From an uncultured delta proteobacterium (lineage in GTDB: Bacteria; Desulfobacterota; Binatia; UBA9968), in the NCBI GenBank assembly GCA_963728565.1, contig CAVSLC010000013.1, forward strand, positions 288,001 to 352,000: a stretch of DNA of 64,000 nucleotides. The letters run 5' to 3'. Shown one piece after another: positions 9,514-19,855 of the stretch. Numbering within the stretch: the first letter of the stretch is position 1; every line of letters begins with the position of its first letter. The notes below the pieces were generated by a model. The model was not told where the DNA came from. It did not search any database and saw only the letters and a program-made list of their open reading frames with translations. Both the position numbers and the translations under genes were made by a program.

Positions 9514-10212
9514 GTGACAACCGAATACGATCAACATCACGTAACCGGCTCACGCCGTAGAATCTGGATCGCCATAGGAGTTCTCGTGGCGCTGCTGGGG
9601 ATGGCAGCGGCATGGCGTTGGACGCCGTTGGCCGATCGAGTCGCCATCGGCAAAGTTACCGCATGGGCTATCGCGCTGCGCAGCAATCCATCCCGTGTAT
9701 GGATCATTCTCGGCGCCTATCTTTTCGGTAGTATCGTTTCGCTCCCGATTACGATTTTAATCCTTGCTACCGCCCTGGTGTTCGGCCCGATGGAGGGAAT
9801 TATTTACTCATTCATCGGATCTATGATTGGGGCCGGAGCAACCTACGCGATGGGCTATTTTTTTGGCAGCGACTTCATCCGAAAACTCACGGGAGCTAGA
9901 TGGAAAATGTTGGAACGCAAGATCAACCAGACGGGAATCTTGGCGGTGGCAGCTCTACGCGCAATCCCGATCGCGCCGTTCACCGTGGTCAATATAATCT
10001 CCGGCGCCTTTCAGGTGCCCGTTCGAGATTACCTAGTCGGATCGCTGCTCGGCCTGGCGCCCGGAATAATTCTCACCAATCTCTTCGCGCACCAATTGCA
10101 GAGCGCCATCCGCAATCCCGGATTGGGCAGCTTTGTCTTATTGGCAGTGTTGGTGATCGTCAGCATTTTGGGAACCATCTGGTTGAGACGCAAGTTCAAG
10201 AGCAAAGACTGA
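9514..10212 (+). CDS. TVP38/TMEM64 (DedA/VTT) membrane protein
   Basis: LVFGP..G, LRAIPIAPFTVVN, GSLLGLAPG. Confidence 0.9.
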   Translation: MTTEYDQHHVTGSRRRIWIAIGVLVALLGMAAAWRWTPLADRVAIGKVTAWAIALRSNPSRVWIILGAYLFGSIVSLPITILILATALVFGPMEGIIYSFIGSMIGAGATYAMGYFFGSDFIRKLTGARWKMLERKINQTGILAVAALRAIPIAPFTVVNIISGAFQVPVRDYLVGSLLGLAPGIILTNLFAHQLQSAIRNPGLGSFVLLAVLVIVSILGTIWLRRKFKSKD

Positions 10213-10250
10213 ACATGGCGCGATGATGTAGCAGCGAATCCCTTCTTTGA

Positions 10251-11000
10251 TCAGGGCCCTGTCAAACGCATGCCTGCGTCCACCGGCAAAATTGCCGCAG
10301 TTACATAGGAAGCTTCATCCGATGCCAAATATAGCGCCGCATAGGCCACGTCGTCAGGTTCGCCGATGCGACCAAGCGGAACTCGCGTCGTGTAACGCGC
10401 CAATTTCTCCGGCGTCGATGTATCCACCATCGGCGTTCGGACGGGTCCCGGGCAGATGCAGTTCACTCTAATCTTGTCTTTGGCATGATCCATTGCCATC
10501 GCCTCAGTCAACCTGATCAAGCCGCCCTTGGAAGCACAATAAGCAGCTCGCCCTGCCTGCCCGAGCATGCCGGAGCGCGCGCCGATATGAAGAATGACAC
10601 CGCCGCCGCGCTTTTTCATTTCCGGTATTGCTAGACGCGAAACGACAAATGATCCTTTCAGATTAACGTCCAACGTGCGGTCCCAAGCTTCCTCAGAAAT
10701 TTCTGTGATACTCCCGTTGGTTCTGACTCCAGCGCTGTTTACGACGATATCGAGTCCCCCATACTGCTGGACGGCCGCCGCAATCAACGACTGCATCTGG
10801 TCTGAATCCCCAACATCTCCGGGACGGAAGAGCGCTTTTCCTCCCTGCTTCTCGATCATGGCAACGGTTTCTTTACCCTTAGATTCGGTCCTCGAGGTTC
10901 CGGCTACAGCTGCTCCCTCCTTGGCAAACATCACGGCGATAGCCTGTCCGAGCCCTGATCCAAAACCGGTGATGAAGGCGACTTTGCCGTTCAATTTCAT
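10251..11000 (-). CDS. SDR family oxidoreductase
   Basis: TGFGSGLG, NSAG, YCASK, RVNCICPG. Confidence 0.95.
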   Translation of the reverse strand: MKLNGKVAFITGFGSGLGQAIAVMFAKEGAAVAGTSRTESKGKETVAMIEKQGGKALFRPGDVGDSDQMQSLIAAAVQQYGGLDIVVNSAGVRTNGSITEISEEAWDRTLDVNLKGSFVVSRLAIPEMKKRGGGVILHIGARSGMLGQAGRAAYCASKGGLIRLTEAMAMDHAKDKIRVNCICPGPVRTPMVDTSTPEKLARYTTRVPLGRIGEPDDVAYAALYLASDEASYVTAAILPVDAGMRLTGP

Positions 11001-11294
11001 AATGTACGTTCCTCCTCAGTTGATGAGCATACAATCGACTGTTTCTCACGGTCAACCTCGTTTGTATCCGAGAGTGATCCGTTGGGAAAATTTCAACAAA
11101 CCATATCATGCCCCAGCGCCTCAGATACACGCAAACCTGACTTCCACACGCCTTCAGCGGATTGATCTTTATATCGGTGTGCCGCCCAGGATAAAACTTG
11201 CCTTGAACACCGGCGGCCACCGGCGGCGCCTTTCATTGACTGCATGCAACCGCCGTGTTACGAAGCACGGATTAATTTGTGCAACAGAAGTATA

Positions 11295-12756
11295 TTGAAA
11301 ACCCCTGAATTCGAAGAACTCAAGTCATTGGACCTGCGTCAGTGCGCGACCGTCGGCGATATCGTCACCGGCATGAGATACTGCGCCTTCGGTGCAAGGA
11401 TGCTGGGAGAAGTGGCCAATACGATCCGCCAGATGATCGTATCGAACGAGAACCAGATTATCATCTATGATGGCGTGCAAGACTCTCAACTCGGCCTGCT
11501 TTTGCGCGAGTTCGTGAAAAACAAGTGGGCTCGGAAGATTCTTCTCCCGTCTCAATATGCCAAGCAAAGAACCAGCGGTGAAAACATCCTTGTCATCGGG
11601 GGATTTTCAGAAAGATACGCACCGGCCATTTACACAAAGCCGGCGCGGTCGATTTTCATAAATCCATTCGACATGGCTCGCCCGGGACAGATCAAGGACG
11701 GTTACTTTCCCGATGCCGTTTTTGCCGATCCGCGCTACGTGATGCCGGTGATTTACCGGGCGCTGGACGAATGGATCAACGGCCGAACGGACCTCTGTTG
11801 ACACTCTCCTTACCGATCTCGCACGGTATGGCGGTGTCGCGACGCAAGTCTGGCGGGCAGCAAAAGCGTTGCAAGCGATGGTGCGCGACAGCGGGTGCGT
11901 GCGATTTCTGACTGTCAGCGGAGCCATGACGGTCGGCAAAATGGATTTAGTAATATGCGATATGATCGAAATGGGTTTCGTTCAAGCCGTTTCCTCAACC
12001 GGCGCGCTCATGGCTCATGGGCTTGTTTCATCCATCGGACTTAAGCATTACAAATACAATCCCGCTTATGATGATACCGCTCTGGCGCGCCACAAGTTGA
12101 ACCGGGTGACGGACACGCTCGAGCCAGAAACCAATCTAGACACTGTCGAGAAGGTGGTCGGCGAAGTCATCAAGCACATTGATGGCGTTCGTTCGATTAG
12201 CCCGACCCAGCTAAATAAGGCGATCGGCAAATACCTCGCCGAGCATTATCCAAGAGATCGCGGTATTCTTAAGTCGGCTTACCTCCATGGCGTGCCGGTA
12301 TTCGTGCCTGCTTTCGTCGACTCAGAACTCGGCAACGATCTTTATATTCACAACGTCCGACGCAAGCGGCGTCGGAAGCAACCGATCGTGATGGATTTAG
12401 AGCTCGACAGCAAATTATTAATCGAGCTGGTCACAAACAATAAGCGATTCGGTATTTTGTCGATCGGCGGCGGCGTGCCGCGAAATAATGTGCAAAATGT
12501 TGCGCCACTAATCGAGATCATCAACGAGCGGTTGGGCAAGACTTATCCTGAGCGCCGCTTTACCTATGGGATCAGGGTGTGCCCTGACCGGCCCCATTTC
12601 GGTCACCTGTCCGGCTGCACCTATTCAGAAAACGAATCATGGCGGAAAGCAGTCAAGAACGGTATCTATGCCGAAGTTTTAGCGGACGCGACTCAAGTTT
12701 GGCCGTTTTTGGTCAAGTATCTTATGGGGAAACAAGAGGCCGGCCGCGCGAAATAA
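11295..12756 (+). CDS. Deoxyhypusine/homospermidine synthase family protein with extra N-terminal DHS-like module (frameshift at ~11790)
   Basis: FLTVSGAMT, VSSTGA..H, VPAFVDSELG, IGGGVPRN, LSGCTYSE.ESWRK; two ORFs join into ~486 aa if one G at 11789-11790 is removed. Confidence 0.85.
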
Positions 12757-12947
12757 AAGAATCCGCCCCCATAAACAAATCTGATACATTAGAATTTACA
12801 GACACCAGGAGCGAGCCCGAGCCGGACCTTACAGGGACTGAACGGCAGATACTGAGCGGGTGAGCGGAAGCTTGGAAAAGCCGCGCCGGATGGGGTTGAC
12901 GCCAATAAAGCGGGCCAGAATCGGCAGGCAATACGAGTTGTCAATCT

Positions 12948-13547
12948 TTACTTTTGTATTCCTAAAAGCTTTCGGCCGTACTCTTTAACCAATTGCTCGC
13001 GCGCTTCCGAAGGCGGCAAAGTTTTCAGACGGTCTTCGATGCGACCGCGCTCTTCTTGTTTGAGGTCGCCCCAGCGTTCCAATCCCTTCTCAAGAGTGTC
13101 ACGCTCTTCCGAGTCGAGAGGTTGAACAACTGGTTCGGCCGTCTGATTGGAATCCGCCGCAACAACCTCCGCTCGGTCAACTTGAGATCCCAGCACGACC
13201 GCCCGGTTAGGACGCCCGCGCTCATCATAGATGAGGGCGAAGTTCCTAAACCCAATGTTGGAAAGAAGGGAATACACGGCCGGCGCCAAAGGCGAACGCT
13301 CTAGGCGGAGGTTCAACAATTTACTGTCAGCTGACGATGGCAGAGTAAATTGAAAGCCCGTCTGCTCCCGGAAAGCCTGGAGCGCGACAACGACAGGAAT
13401 CTGATCGAAAGCAAAGGAAATATGGTCGTCGCGATATTCAATCCACTGCGGATAGAAAGCTTCGTCCGAGGTTTGCGCGGCGGCTGCTTGGATACCGACA
13501 GTAGCTAGAACCCCGGCGATGGAGGCAATTATGGAATGTTTTTTCAT
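12948..13547 (-). CDS. Exported hypothetical protein with secretin-N0/STN-like domain and helical C-terminus
   Basis: Signal peptide; ISFAFDQIPVVVALQAFREQTGFQF..LNLRLERSPLAPAVYSLL..NFALIY; GAGGTG RBS. Confidence 0.75.
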   Translation of the reverse strand: MKKHSIIASIAGVLATVGIQAAAAQTSDEAFYPQWIEYRDDHISFAFDQIPVVVALQAFREQTGFQFTLPSSADSKLLNLRLERSPLAPAVYSLLSNIGFRNFALIYDERGRPNRAVVLGSQVDRAEVVAADSNQTAEPVVQPLDSEERDTLEKGLERWGDLKQEERGRIEDRLKTLPPSEAREQLVKEYGRKLLGIQK

Positions 13548-13571
13548 CGATCACCTCTTTTCAGGCCGAGC

Positions 13572-13587
13572 AGCAAGTCTTGTGCCC
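13572..13587 (-). promoter_or_regulatory. Putative sigma54 (-24/-12) promoter
   Basis: Minus strand GGGCAC-AAGAC-TTGCT, GG-N10-GC, ~25 nt upstream of ATG 13547. Confidence 0.6.
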
Positions 13588-13873
13588 CGTCGCGCGCAAT
13601 CGAAAATCGCTATGGAATCACTCGCTTGGAAGATTTTAGCGAGCCGAGCCTGTATAGCCCCGAAGGGAGAAAAAGAACACTTTTGTAGTACAAAGGAGTG
13701 AAGCACCCAAAGCCACCAGCTGGAAGAAACATCTCGCTGTGGCTGGATGCTGGTACCGTAAAGCAAGGAATTGCTGCGGTGGTTACTCCTAGCTCCAAGG
13801 AGCAAACGTGCTTTCCTTTGTAAACGCTCGTCACCGTCGACATGGGGCAGCGATGTCGTGCTGCTGACAGCAA

Positions 13874-13946
13874 TGATGCGAGGAGCCCTGCAACATCAAC
13901 CGACAAAGAAGTCACCTGTTCGTTGATGGCAGGAGTCCTCGCTTCG
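13874..13946. repeat. Long imperfect inverted repeat / hairpin
   Basis: GCGAGGA-GC-CCTGC-AA-CATCAAC ... GTTGATG-GCAGG-AG-TCCTCGC. Confidence 0.7.
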
Positions 13947-14132
13947 TCCTAAGAATAGTTTGACACTCTGATACGCGGCTATCTTCGATGAATGTCGCCA
14001 ACGTTTCAGAGCCGTTCACGATTGCCGAATTTTTCCGCCGCCTGTGTTGCTTAGCTTCGCTGCCGCAGAGATCTTTGCTGGCTGTCCATAGAGAAGTTTG
14101 CTAATAATGAAGTCGCCCGCGCACATCCTCGA

Positions 14133-15419
14133 TTGCAGGAAACATTTTTGGAAGAACAGCTCACAGAGTCCGTAGCAACTTCAACTCAGGCACTCCCTAA
14201 GCGTTTCCAATTTCGAACTTTTTCGTCTCTTGGCTACCTGGATTACCGCTATCTTTGGACCGGGACTCTCATGATGAGCGCCGGGCAATGGGTTCAGCAG
14301 GTAGCGCTGGGCTGGCTCGTCTATGAACTAACCGGCTCTTCGGTATTGCTGGGATTATTGAACGGGCTGCGCGCCCTTCCCTTTCTAGTGACCGGACCAA
14401 TAGCCGGTGTGGCCGCGGATCGCATGGACCGGCGACAGTTGATGCTGCGCACGCAGTACGTGCTGATTGGTACCGCATTCCTCATGGGCGCGCTCGTGGC
14501 ATCCGGGTGGTTACAGGTATGGCACATTTTTGTGTTTACCTTGATTACCGGAATAGGTTGGTCGTTTAGCGAACCCGTCCGCCAGAGCCTGATTCCCAGC
14601 GTTGTTCCTAAAGCTGAGCTCGCCAACGCCATCGCGCTCAACTCCGCGGGGTTCAATCTTATGAAAGTTCTCGGGCCGGCGCTCGGCGGGGTAATGATCG
14701 CCGTGTTCGGCGCCGCAGGGAATTTTTGGGTGCAGGGCGCGGCATATGTCATGGTTCTGTGGATGATTCAATTGATGCACGTCCCCGCGACCCACGCCAA
14801 CGCGCTCCGCGCTTCGGCGATGGCCAATCTCAAAGAAGGTTTCGCATATGTGCGGTCTACGCCTACCGTACTGGCGCTGATGATCCTGGCCTACGTGCCA
14901 CGCATTTTCGCCGTGCCCTACCAAACCTTGATGCCGGTTTTCCAAAAGGACGTGTTGCAAGTGGGCCCTGAAGGTCTGGGTCTGTTAATGGCTGCGCCGG
15001 GTCTCGGAGCGGTGTTAGCGGTGCTGACGCTCGCATCGATATCGAGCACGGTCAAACGACAAGGATTGATGCTAATCGCCAGCACCATCATGCTTGGCTT
15101 ATCACTCATATTATTTTCCCAAATAACCTCTTTTCATTTGGCGCTCATTGTTCTAGTCGTCGCCGGCGCATTTCAAATGGTGTTTCTTGCGAGTACCAGC
15201 ACAATGCTGCAGCTCATAGTTCCGGACGAGCTACGGGGCCGGGTGATGAGCCTGTACATGCTTGATCGCGGTCTGATGCCCGCAGGCGCATTGTTTGCCG
15301 GAGTTGTCGCGCACGTCATCGGCGCACCGCTGGCCGTGAGTTCTATGGGAGCGATTGTTGTTGTACTTACGCTGCTGGTAGCGTGGCGCGTCCCTCACAT
15401 CAGGACTCTTGAGAGCTAA
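14133..15419 (+). CDS. MFS transporter (MFS_3-like)
   Basis: ~12 TM, motif A GVAADRMDRR, WLVYELTGS, PDELRGRVMSL. Confidence 0.93.
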   Translation: MQETFLEEQLTESVATSTQALPKRFQFRTFSSLGYLDYRYLWTGTLMMSAGQWVQQVALGWLVYELTGSSVLLGLLNGLRALPFLVTGPIAGVAADRMDRRQLMLRTQYVLIGTAFLMGALVASGWLQVWHIFVFTLITGIGWSFSEPVRQSLIPSVVPKAELANAIALNSAGFNLMKVLGPALGGVMIAVFGAAGNFWVQGAAYVMVLWMIQLMHVPATHANALRASAMANLKEGFAYVRSTPTVLALMILAYVPRIFAVPYQTLMPVFQKDVLQVGPEGLGLLMAAPGLGAVLAVLTLASISSTVKRQGLMLIASTIMLGLSLILFSQITSFHLALIVLVVAGAFQMVFLASTSTMLQLIVPDELRGRVMSLYMLDRGLMPAGALFAGVVAHVIGAPLAVSSMGAIVVVLTLLVAWRVPHIRTLES

Positions 15420-15536
15420 ACGGAGTCAAGATCTTTTTTGTTTTCAAGGAAGCGAGCAGCTGAAGCTGGGATGAAATCTTCACCTACCGACGCGCTCTAC
15501 GGCCCGGCACCGGTCATCGTGGATTAAGACGCCGGT

Positions 15537-16187
15537 TCAACCTGCCGCTGACTTTGGTGGCGCTTGGCCGTGCTGCAATGCCGATATCACTTCTTCGTCC
15601 TCAATCTGAGAAAAGTCGGCGAAGAACTGCCCCACAGCGTGAAATTTGCTTGGCACTTTTAGACAGAACGCAGCGTCACATTCTCGGGCTATCGCCCGAG
15701 CCGCTTCGTGCGAAGCTACCGCCACTGCCGCGATGAGCTCCTTCGGTGTCTGGGCACGGATTGCTCGCAGCGCCGCAACCATTGTCGAGCCCGTAGCCAC
15801 GCCATCATCGACCACGATGACAATGCGACCCTGAGGATCGATGGGCGGACGCAAGGGTGTGTACCGGGCGCGACGCTGCCGCAAAGCTGCAAGCTGCCGC
15901 TGCTTTTCCGACTCGAGATACTCCGGATCCACCCGAGCGGCGTAGTCGGTTACGATCGCGTTCCCGCTGTCGTCGATTGCGCCGATCGCCAGCTCGAGTT
16001 CCTCTGGGTGACTAAGCTTATGAACTAGGACGACATCCAAATCGCCTCCGAGCGCGTCAGCAATGACCTTTGCCATCGGCACAGCTCCCCTCGGGATTCC
16101 AAGAACCAACGGATGCTTGTTCTTATAGACTCTCAGCTTGCGAGCCAGCAAGCGCCCGGCGTGGCGTCGGTTTCGAAATAGCCCCAT
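15537..16187 (-). CDS. Phosphoribosyltransferase-like protein
   Basis: FRNRRHAGRLLA, GIPRGAVP, VVDDGVATGST PRPP loop, AVGQFF. Confidence 0.92.
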   Translation of the reverse strand: MGLFRNRRHAGRLLARKLRVYKNKHPLVLGIPRGAVPMAKVIADALGGDLDVVLVHKLSHPEELELAIGAIDDSGNAIVTDYAARVDPEYLESEKQRQLAALRQRRARYTPLRPPIDPQGRIVIVVDDGVATGSTMVAALRAIRAQTPKELIAAVAVASHEAARAIARECDAAFCLKVPSKFHAVGQFFADFSQIEDEEVISALQHGQAPPKSAAG

Positions 16188-16529
16188 TGTCCGATGTTAC
16201 ATCCGTTTGCCCATGACAAGTTCAACTTAGTTAACCGCGATTTCGCAAAATCGATCACAGGACCGTCCCCGCCGGGACGTCATACCGTCTTCCTCTCTAA
16301 ACTGAATACGAATTGCAACATCAGGATCGCCAACGACCAAGGCTTGATCAAACGCCATTCGACGTGCGGCAGCAATCGCTTATGACAATCGCCCAGCCAT
16401 CGGTGCTTCGAAAGAGTGGAGCTGTGCGGTGATCTAGCACAGGCCTACTTCTGAAAGCGCTCAGCCTCCAGACGAAGATTATGATGGAAGACCCACTCAC
16501 CCGGTTGGGATGTAAGATGTGGCAGAAAA

Positions 16530-16620
16530 TGGCGGAGAGAGAGGGATTTGAACCCTCGGTACCCTTTTGAGGTACACACGCTTAGCAGGCGTGCGCCTTA
16601 GACCACTCGGCCATCTCTCC
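16530..16620 (-). tRNA. tRNA-Ser (GCT)
   Basis: GGAGAGA acceptor stem, CACGC-CT-GCT-AA-GCGTG anticodon arm, long variable arm, GTTCAAATC, encoded CCA. Confidence 0.97.
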
Positions 16621-16865
16621 TTGAAGGCAACTAATGATATCGGCAATATCAACCAGAAACGAATTGAACCCTTGGCATTCCGATACCACTCGGGGGCCAC
16701 GTTTCAAGCTAGCATAGGACCTCGCCCGATTCCACAATCCCCCAGCTCCTGTTCCCCGCTGTCGGATTACGTTTCTGCTTACACCAACTCTGCCGCGGTG
16801 AATTACGCATCATCCAAGTACTGCCGGTCGAGGTTCCCATCAGGATGCGCGCCGCAGCACAGCAG

Positions 16866-16907
16866 AAAAACGATGAAAGCTGGTTCCGCAGGTGAACCAG
16901 CCTTCAT
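16866..16907 (-). terminator. Intrinsic terminator of ABC operon
   Basis: ATGAAGGCTGGTTC-loop-GAACCAGCTTTCAT followed by T tract, ~30 nt after the SBP stop. Confidence 0.7.
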
Positions 16908-16934
16908 TGCAGCCATCAGCCAACTTGGCGGAAT

Positions 16935-18060
16935 TCAGCCTTCCCAGATCGGCTTCACATTGGTATCGAGCCACTTCTTGGGATCTTCGAGGTACAGTTT
17001 GTCAGTGACGGGGATCGCCTTCGTCCCTTTCGGGAACGCCACCTCGATCGAGGTCTTGGATTCGAAATCATTCCGGGAAGACTCTCGGCCCACAGCGTCG
17101 ATGATCTTTTGCCCCTCATCGGAAATCAGCCACTCGGCAAAAAGTTTCGCCGCATTCGGGTGGGGCGCCTTGGCGTAGATACCTGCCTGCCGCGGGAAGA
17201 CGACCGGCGGAACGCTCTTTACGTAATCGATCGGCGTTCCTTTCTCCTTGTCATGTATCACATCGTGCAATAGCGCCGGCATGCAGATCGCATACTCGCC
17301 CGCGACAACAAGCCTAAACATGGCGCTCGTGCTTTTGTGAACCGGCACATTCAGCGCCTTGAGCCCCTTGATAAACCTATTGAATCTCGCTTGATCGTTC
17401 CACTGCGTCCACAGCCCGGCCAGCATCGAACTCAGTGGTCCGGCTCTCATGGGATCGTCGAGCGCTACCTGGCCTTTGTACTTCGGATTGGCGACGTCTT
17501 CCCAGCTTTTCGGGAGATCGGCGGCCTTAAGCTTCTTGGTATTGTAAGTCAGCGCCTGTACCTGCAGGCTTACCGTCGGCAGAGTTGGGTCATGGAGAAC
17601 CAAGCACGTCTTTCTGAACCGTTTCATAAGAGGCCATGGCGCCGGCGGCGCGCAGCACTGACGGCGCATTGTCGGAGAGAATGGTATCGACACTAGGTTG
17701 ACCGCCCTGAAATTCCGTCAAAACACGTGTGACGATCTCGGGATTGCGACCCTGCCAGTATGTCGTTTTGATACCAGGGTAGCGCTTTGCAAAGGCATCC
17801 GTAACCGCGCGGATATGCTCCACATCCCATACCGAGTAGACGATCAAATTCCCTTCCTGTTTCGCTTTTGGATAGAGTTCCTTGCTGACTCTCTCGAACG
17901 CCTTGGCGGCGTTGGCTGTGGCGTTGGACGCCGCTTTCTGACCGCTGCTCTTAACCTCCTTCCCCCCCTTGGAAGGCGCATCTGCCGCTCGCCCCGGGGC
18001 GGTGAAGTAAATGGCCCCCGAGAGTGCGATAGCTGTTACTATCAGATGGTTCTTTTTCAT
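16935..18060 (-). CDS. ABC substrate-binding protein, Fe3+/thiamine/polyamine class (frameshift at ~17600)
   Basis: Signal peptide MKKNHLIV.., AKQEGNLIVYS, YNTKK..PKSWED, APHPNAAKLFAEWLISDEGQ; halves join on removing one G (CTTGGTT). Confidence 0.88.
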
Positions 18061-18097
18061 TTTCGCTCCCCCTTGTTGATGCTGTTTATAAGTCATC

Positions 18098-19750
18098 TCA
18101 CAAACTGAACTTCATTTTGAACGCAAACTTCGCGATGGATACTGCGATAATCAGGATGATCAGATAGATCACGCCGCCGGCCGCTGCTTCCGCCCACTGT
18201 CCTACTCGGAAATATTCAAAGAGAGTAACGGGTCCATATTCTTTGCCGGGCGACGTCAGCAATATGGCAACATCAACGTTGCGGATGGACTCGATAAAAA
18301 TATAGAACAGCGCGCCGCCCACCGACGGTTTCAAAATCGGTAACGTGATCTTGAAGAACACATGGCGCCAACGCGCGCCGTGCACCCAGGCGGCCTCGTC
18401 GAGTTCTTTATGGATATTCACAATGGCACCGGATGCATTGCGAAAAGCGTATGGAAAATACGCTACAAACAGTCCGAGCCCTAGCGCCAATAAACTGTTG
18501 TAAAGCGGGGTACCCAAGAAAATGATCACCAGCCCAACCGAAAGCACCAAGGGCGGAAACGCCAGCGGCAAGGTGCCGATAAATTCAAATATTTTGGTGC
18601 CGTGGGCGCGGGTTCGATAAATCGTGAACGCCATGATGATCCCCGACAACACCGTGACGACAGCAATGGTCACCGAAAGGGTCAGTGAATTGTAAAGGCC
18701 ATTAACGAAACTTGGATGCTTCATCACCGTAAAGTAGTTGGTCAAGACGGCATTGGAAGGAAACTGCATGAAAGTCGAATAATCGAAATAAGGTATCATC
18801 GAGACCACAATGAGCACGATGAACGGGATGGCGATGCCCACCAGAAAATAAAATAGCACGGCGAGAAATGTGATGTACTTCCACGGGCCGATATCGATCA
18901 CTTTGACACGATAGCCCTTGCCGGTAATCGTCGCGTAGCGCTCTGAAAAACGCGTGGCTCGGATATAGAACATCAGAGTGATAACCGAAAGAGCCACCAG
19001 AACCATGCTGTAAGAGGTCGCTAGCCCGGTGTTGAATTCCAAAGCCATGGAATCGTAAACGCGCGCGACAAAAACATTGATACCGCCCGGCGTGCCTTGT
19101 AACACCGGTGTTTCGAACCCGCGCAGGCCGCGCAAAAAGTTGAGGACAAAGGCCGAAAGGAACGCGGGGATCGCCAGCGGAAAGGTTATGTGCAGCATCG
19201 TATGAACCGGCTTGCTGCCTGCGATATACGCGCTTTCCTCGAGTGACGGATCGAACGATAAAAAAACTGGCAGCAAGAAAAGATAGCCTAATGGCACGCA
19301 GGCCAGGCCGAACACCCAAATCATTCCGGCCAAACTGAAGGCGTTAAACCACAGCGGATTGGTCCCGGTAAGTTGCTCGATCATATTGTTGAGGATGCCG
19401 GATTTAGGTGCCAGCAACAGAATCCACGCGATGTTTTTCATGATTGGAGGCATCAAGATAGGATAAAGCGGCATCAGCTCGACCAGGCGTTTCCCAGGGG
19501 TATTCGTGCGCGCGACGATCCAGGCCAGCATTGCCCCGATGCCAGTCCCCAGGGCCGCCGATCCGGCCGCGTACAAAATGGAATTGTTGAGCAGTGACCA
19601 GATCTGTCGGTCGGCAAAAACGCGCAGATAGTTCTCCGCAGAGAATCCGATGGCAGCGCCGAGCTTGCCCGTGGTGACGCTGCGCAACAACACAACGATG
19701 ACCGGAGTAATGATTGCACCCCCGGCAATCAGGCTTGCCAAGATCGGCAC
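18098..19750 (-). CDS. ABC transporter fused permease (FbpB/ThiP type)
   Basis: Two EAA motifs (DPSLEESA..GS; ELDEAA..GA), many TM helices. Confidence 0.93.
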   Translation of the reverse strand: MPILASLIAGGAIITPVIVVLLRSVTTGKLGAAIGFSAENYLRVFADRQIWSLLNNSILYAAGSAALGTGIGAMLAWIVARTNTPGKRLVELMPLYPILMPPIMKNIAWILLLAPKSGILNNMIEQLTGTNPLWFNAFSLAGMIWVFGLACVPLGYLFLLPVFLSFDPSLEESAYIAGSKPVHTMLHITFPLAIPAFLSAFVLNFLRGLRGFETPVLQGTPGGINVFVARVYDSMALEFNTGLATSYSMVLVALSVITLMFYIRATRFSERYATITGKGYRVKVIDIGPWKYITFLAVLFYFLVGIAIPFIVLIVVSMIPYFDYSTFMQFPSNAVLTNYFTVMKHPSFVNGLYNSLTLSVTIAVVTVLSGIIMAFTIYRTRAHGTKIFEFIGTLPLAFPPLVLSVGLVIIFLGTPLYNSLLALGLGLFVAYFPYAFRNASGAIVNIHKELDEAAWVHGARWRHVFFKITLPILKPSVGGALFYIFIESIRNVDVAILLTSPGKEYGPVTLFEYFRVGQWAEAAAGGVIYLIILIIAVSIAKFAFKMKFSL

Positions 19751-19855
19751 AAAGGTTCCTTGGCGGTACGCAAGCTTGAAGGAATTCCAGCTAATTGTCG
19801 TTTCTCCCTGATATGCAGTTTCGCGCGTAATCGATGGAAGGCGTCCGGAATAATC

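Noticed and set aside
13820-14010. 6S RNA
   Set aside because: Rod-like pairing is only partly convincing and I see neither the conserved 6S motifs nor typical synteny; kept only as an unnamed candidate
16497-17178. ORFs 16497..16700 and 16567..17178
   Set aside because: Overlap tRNA-Ser or lie antisense to the SBP gene; shadow frames
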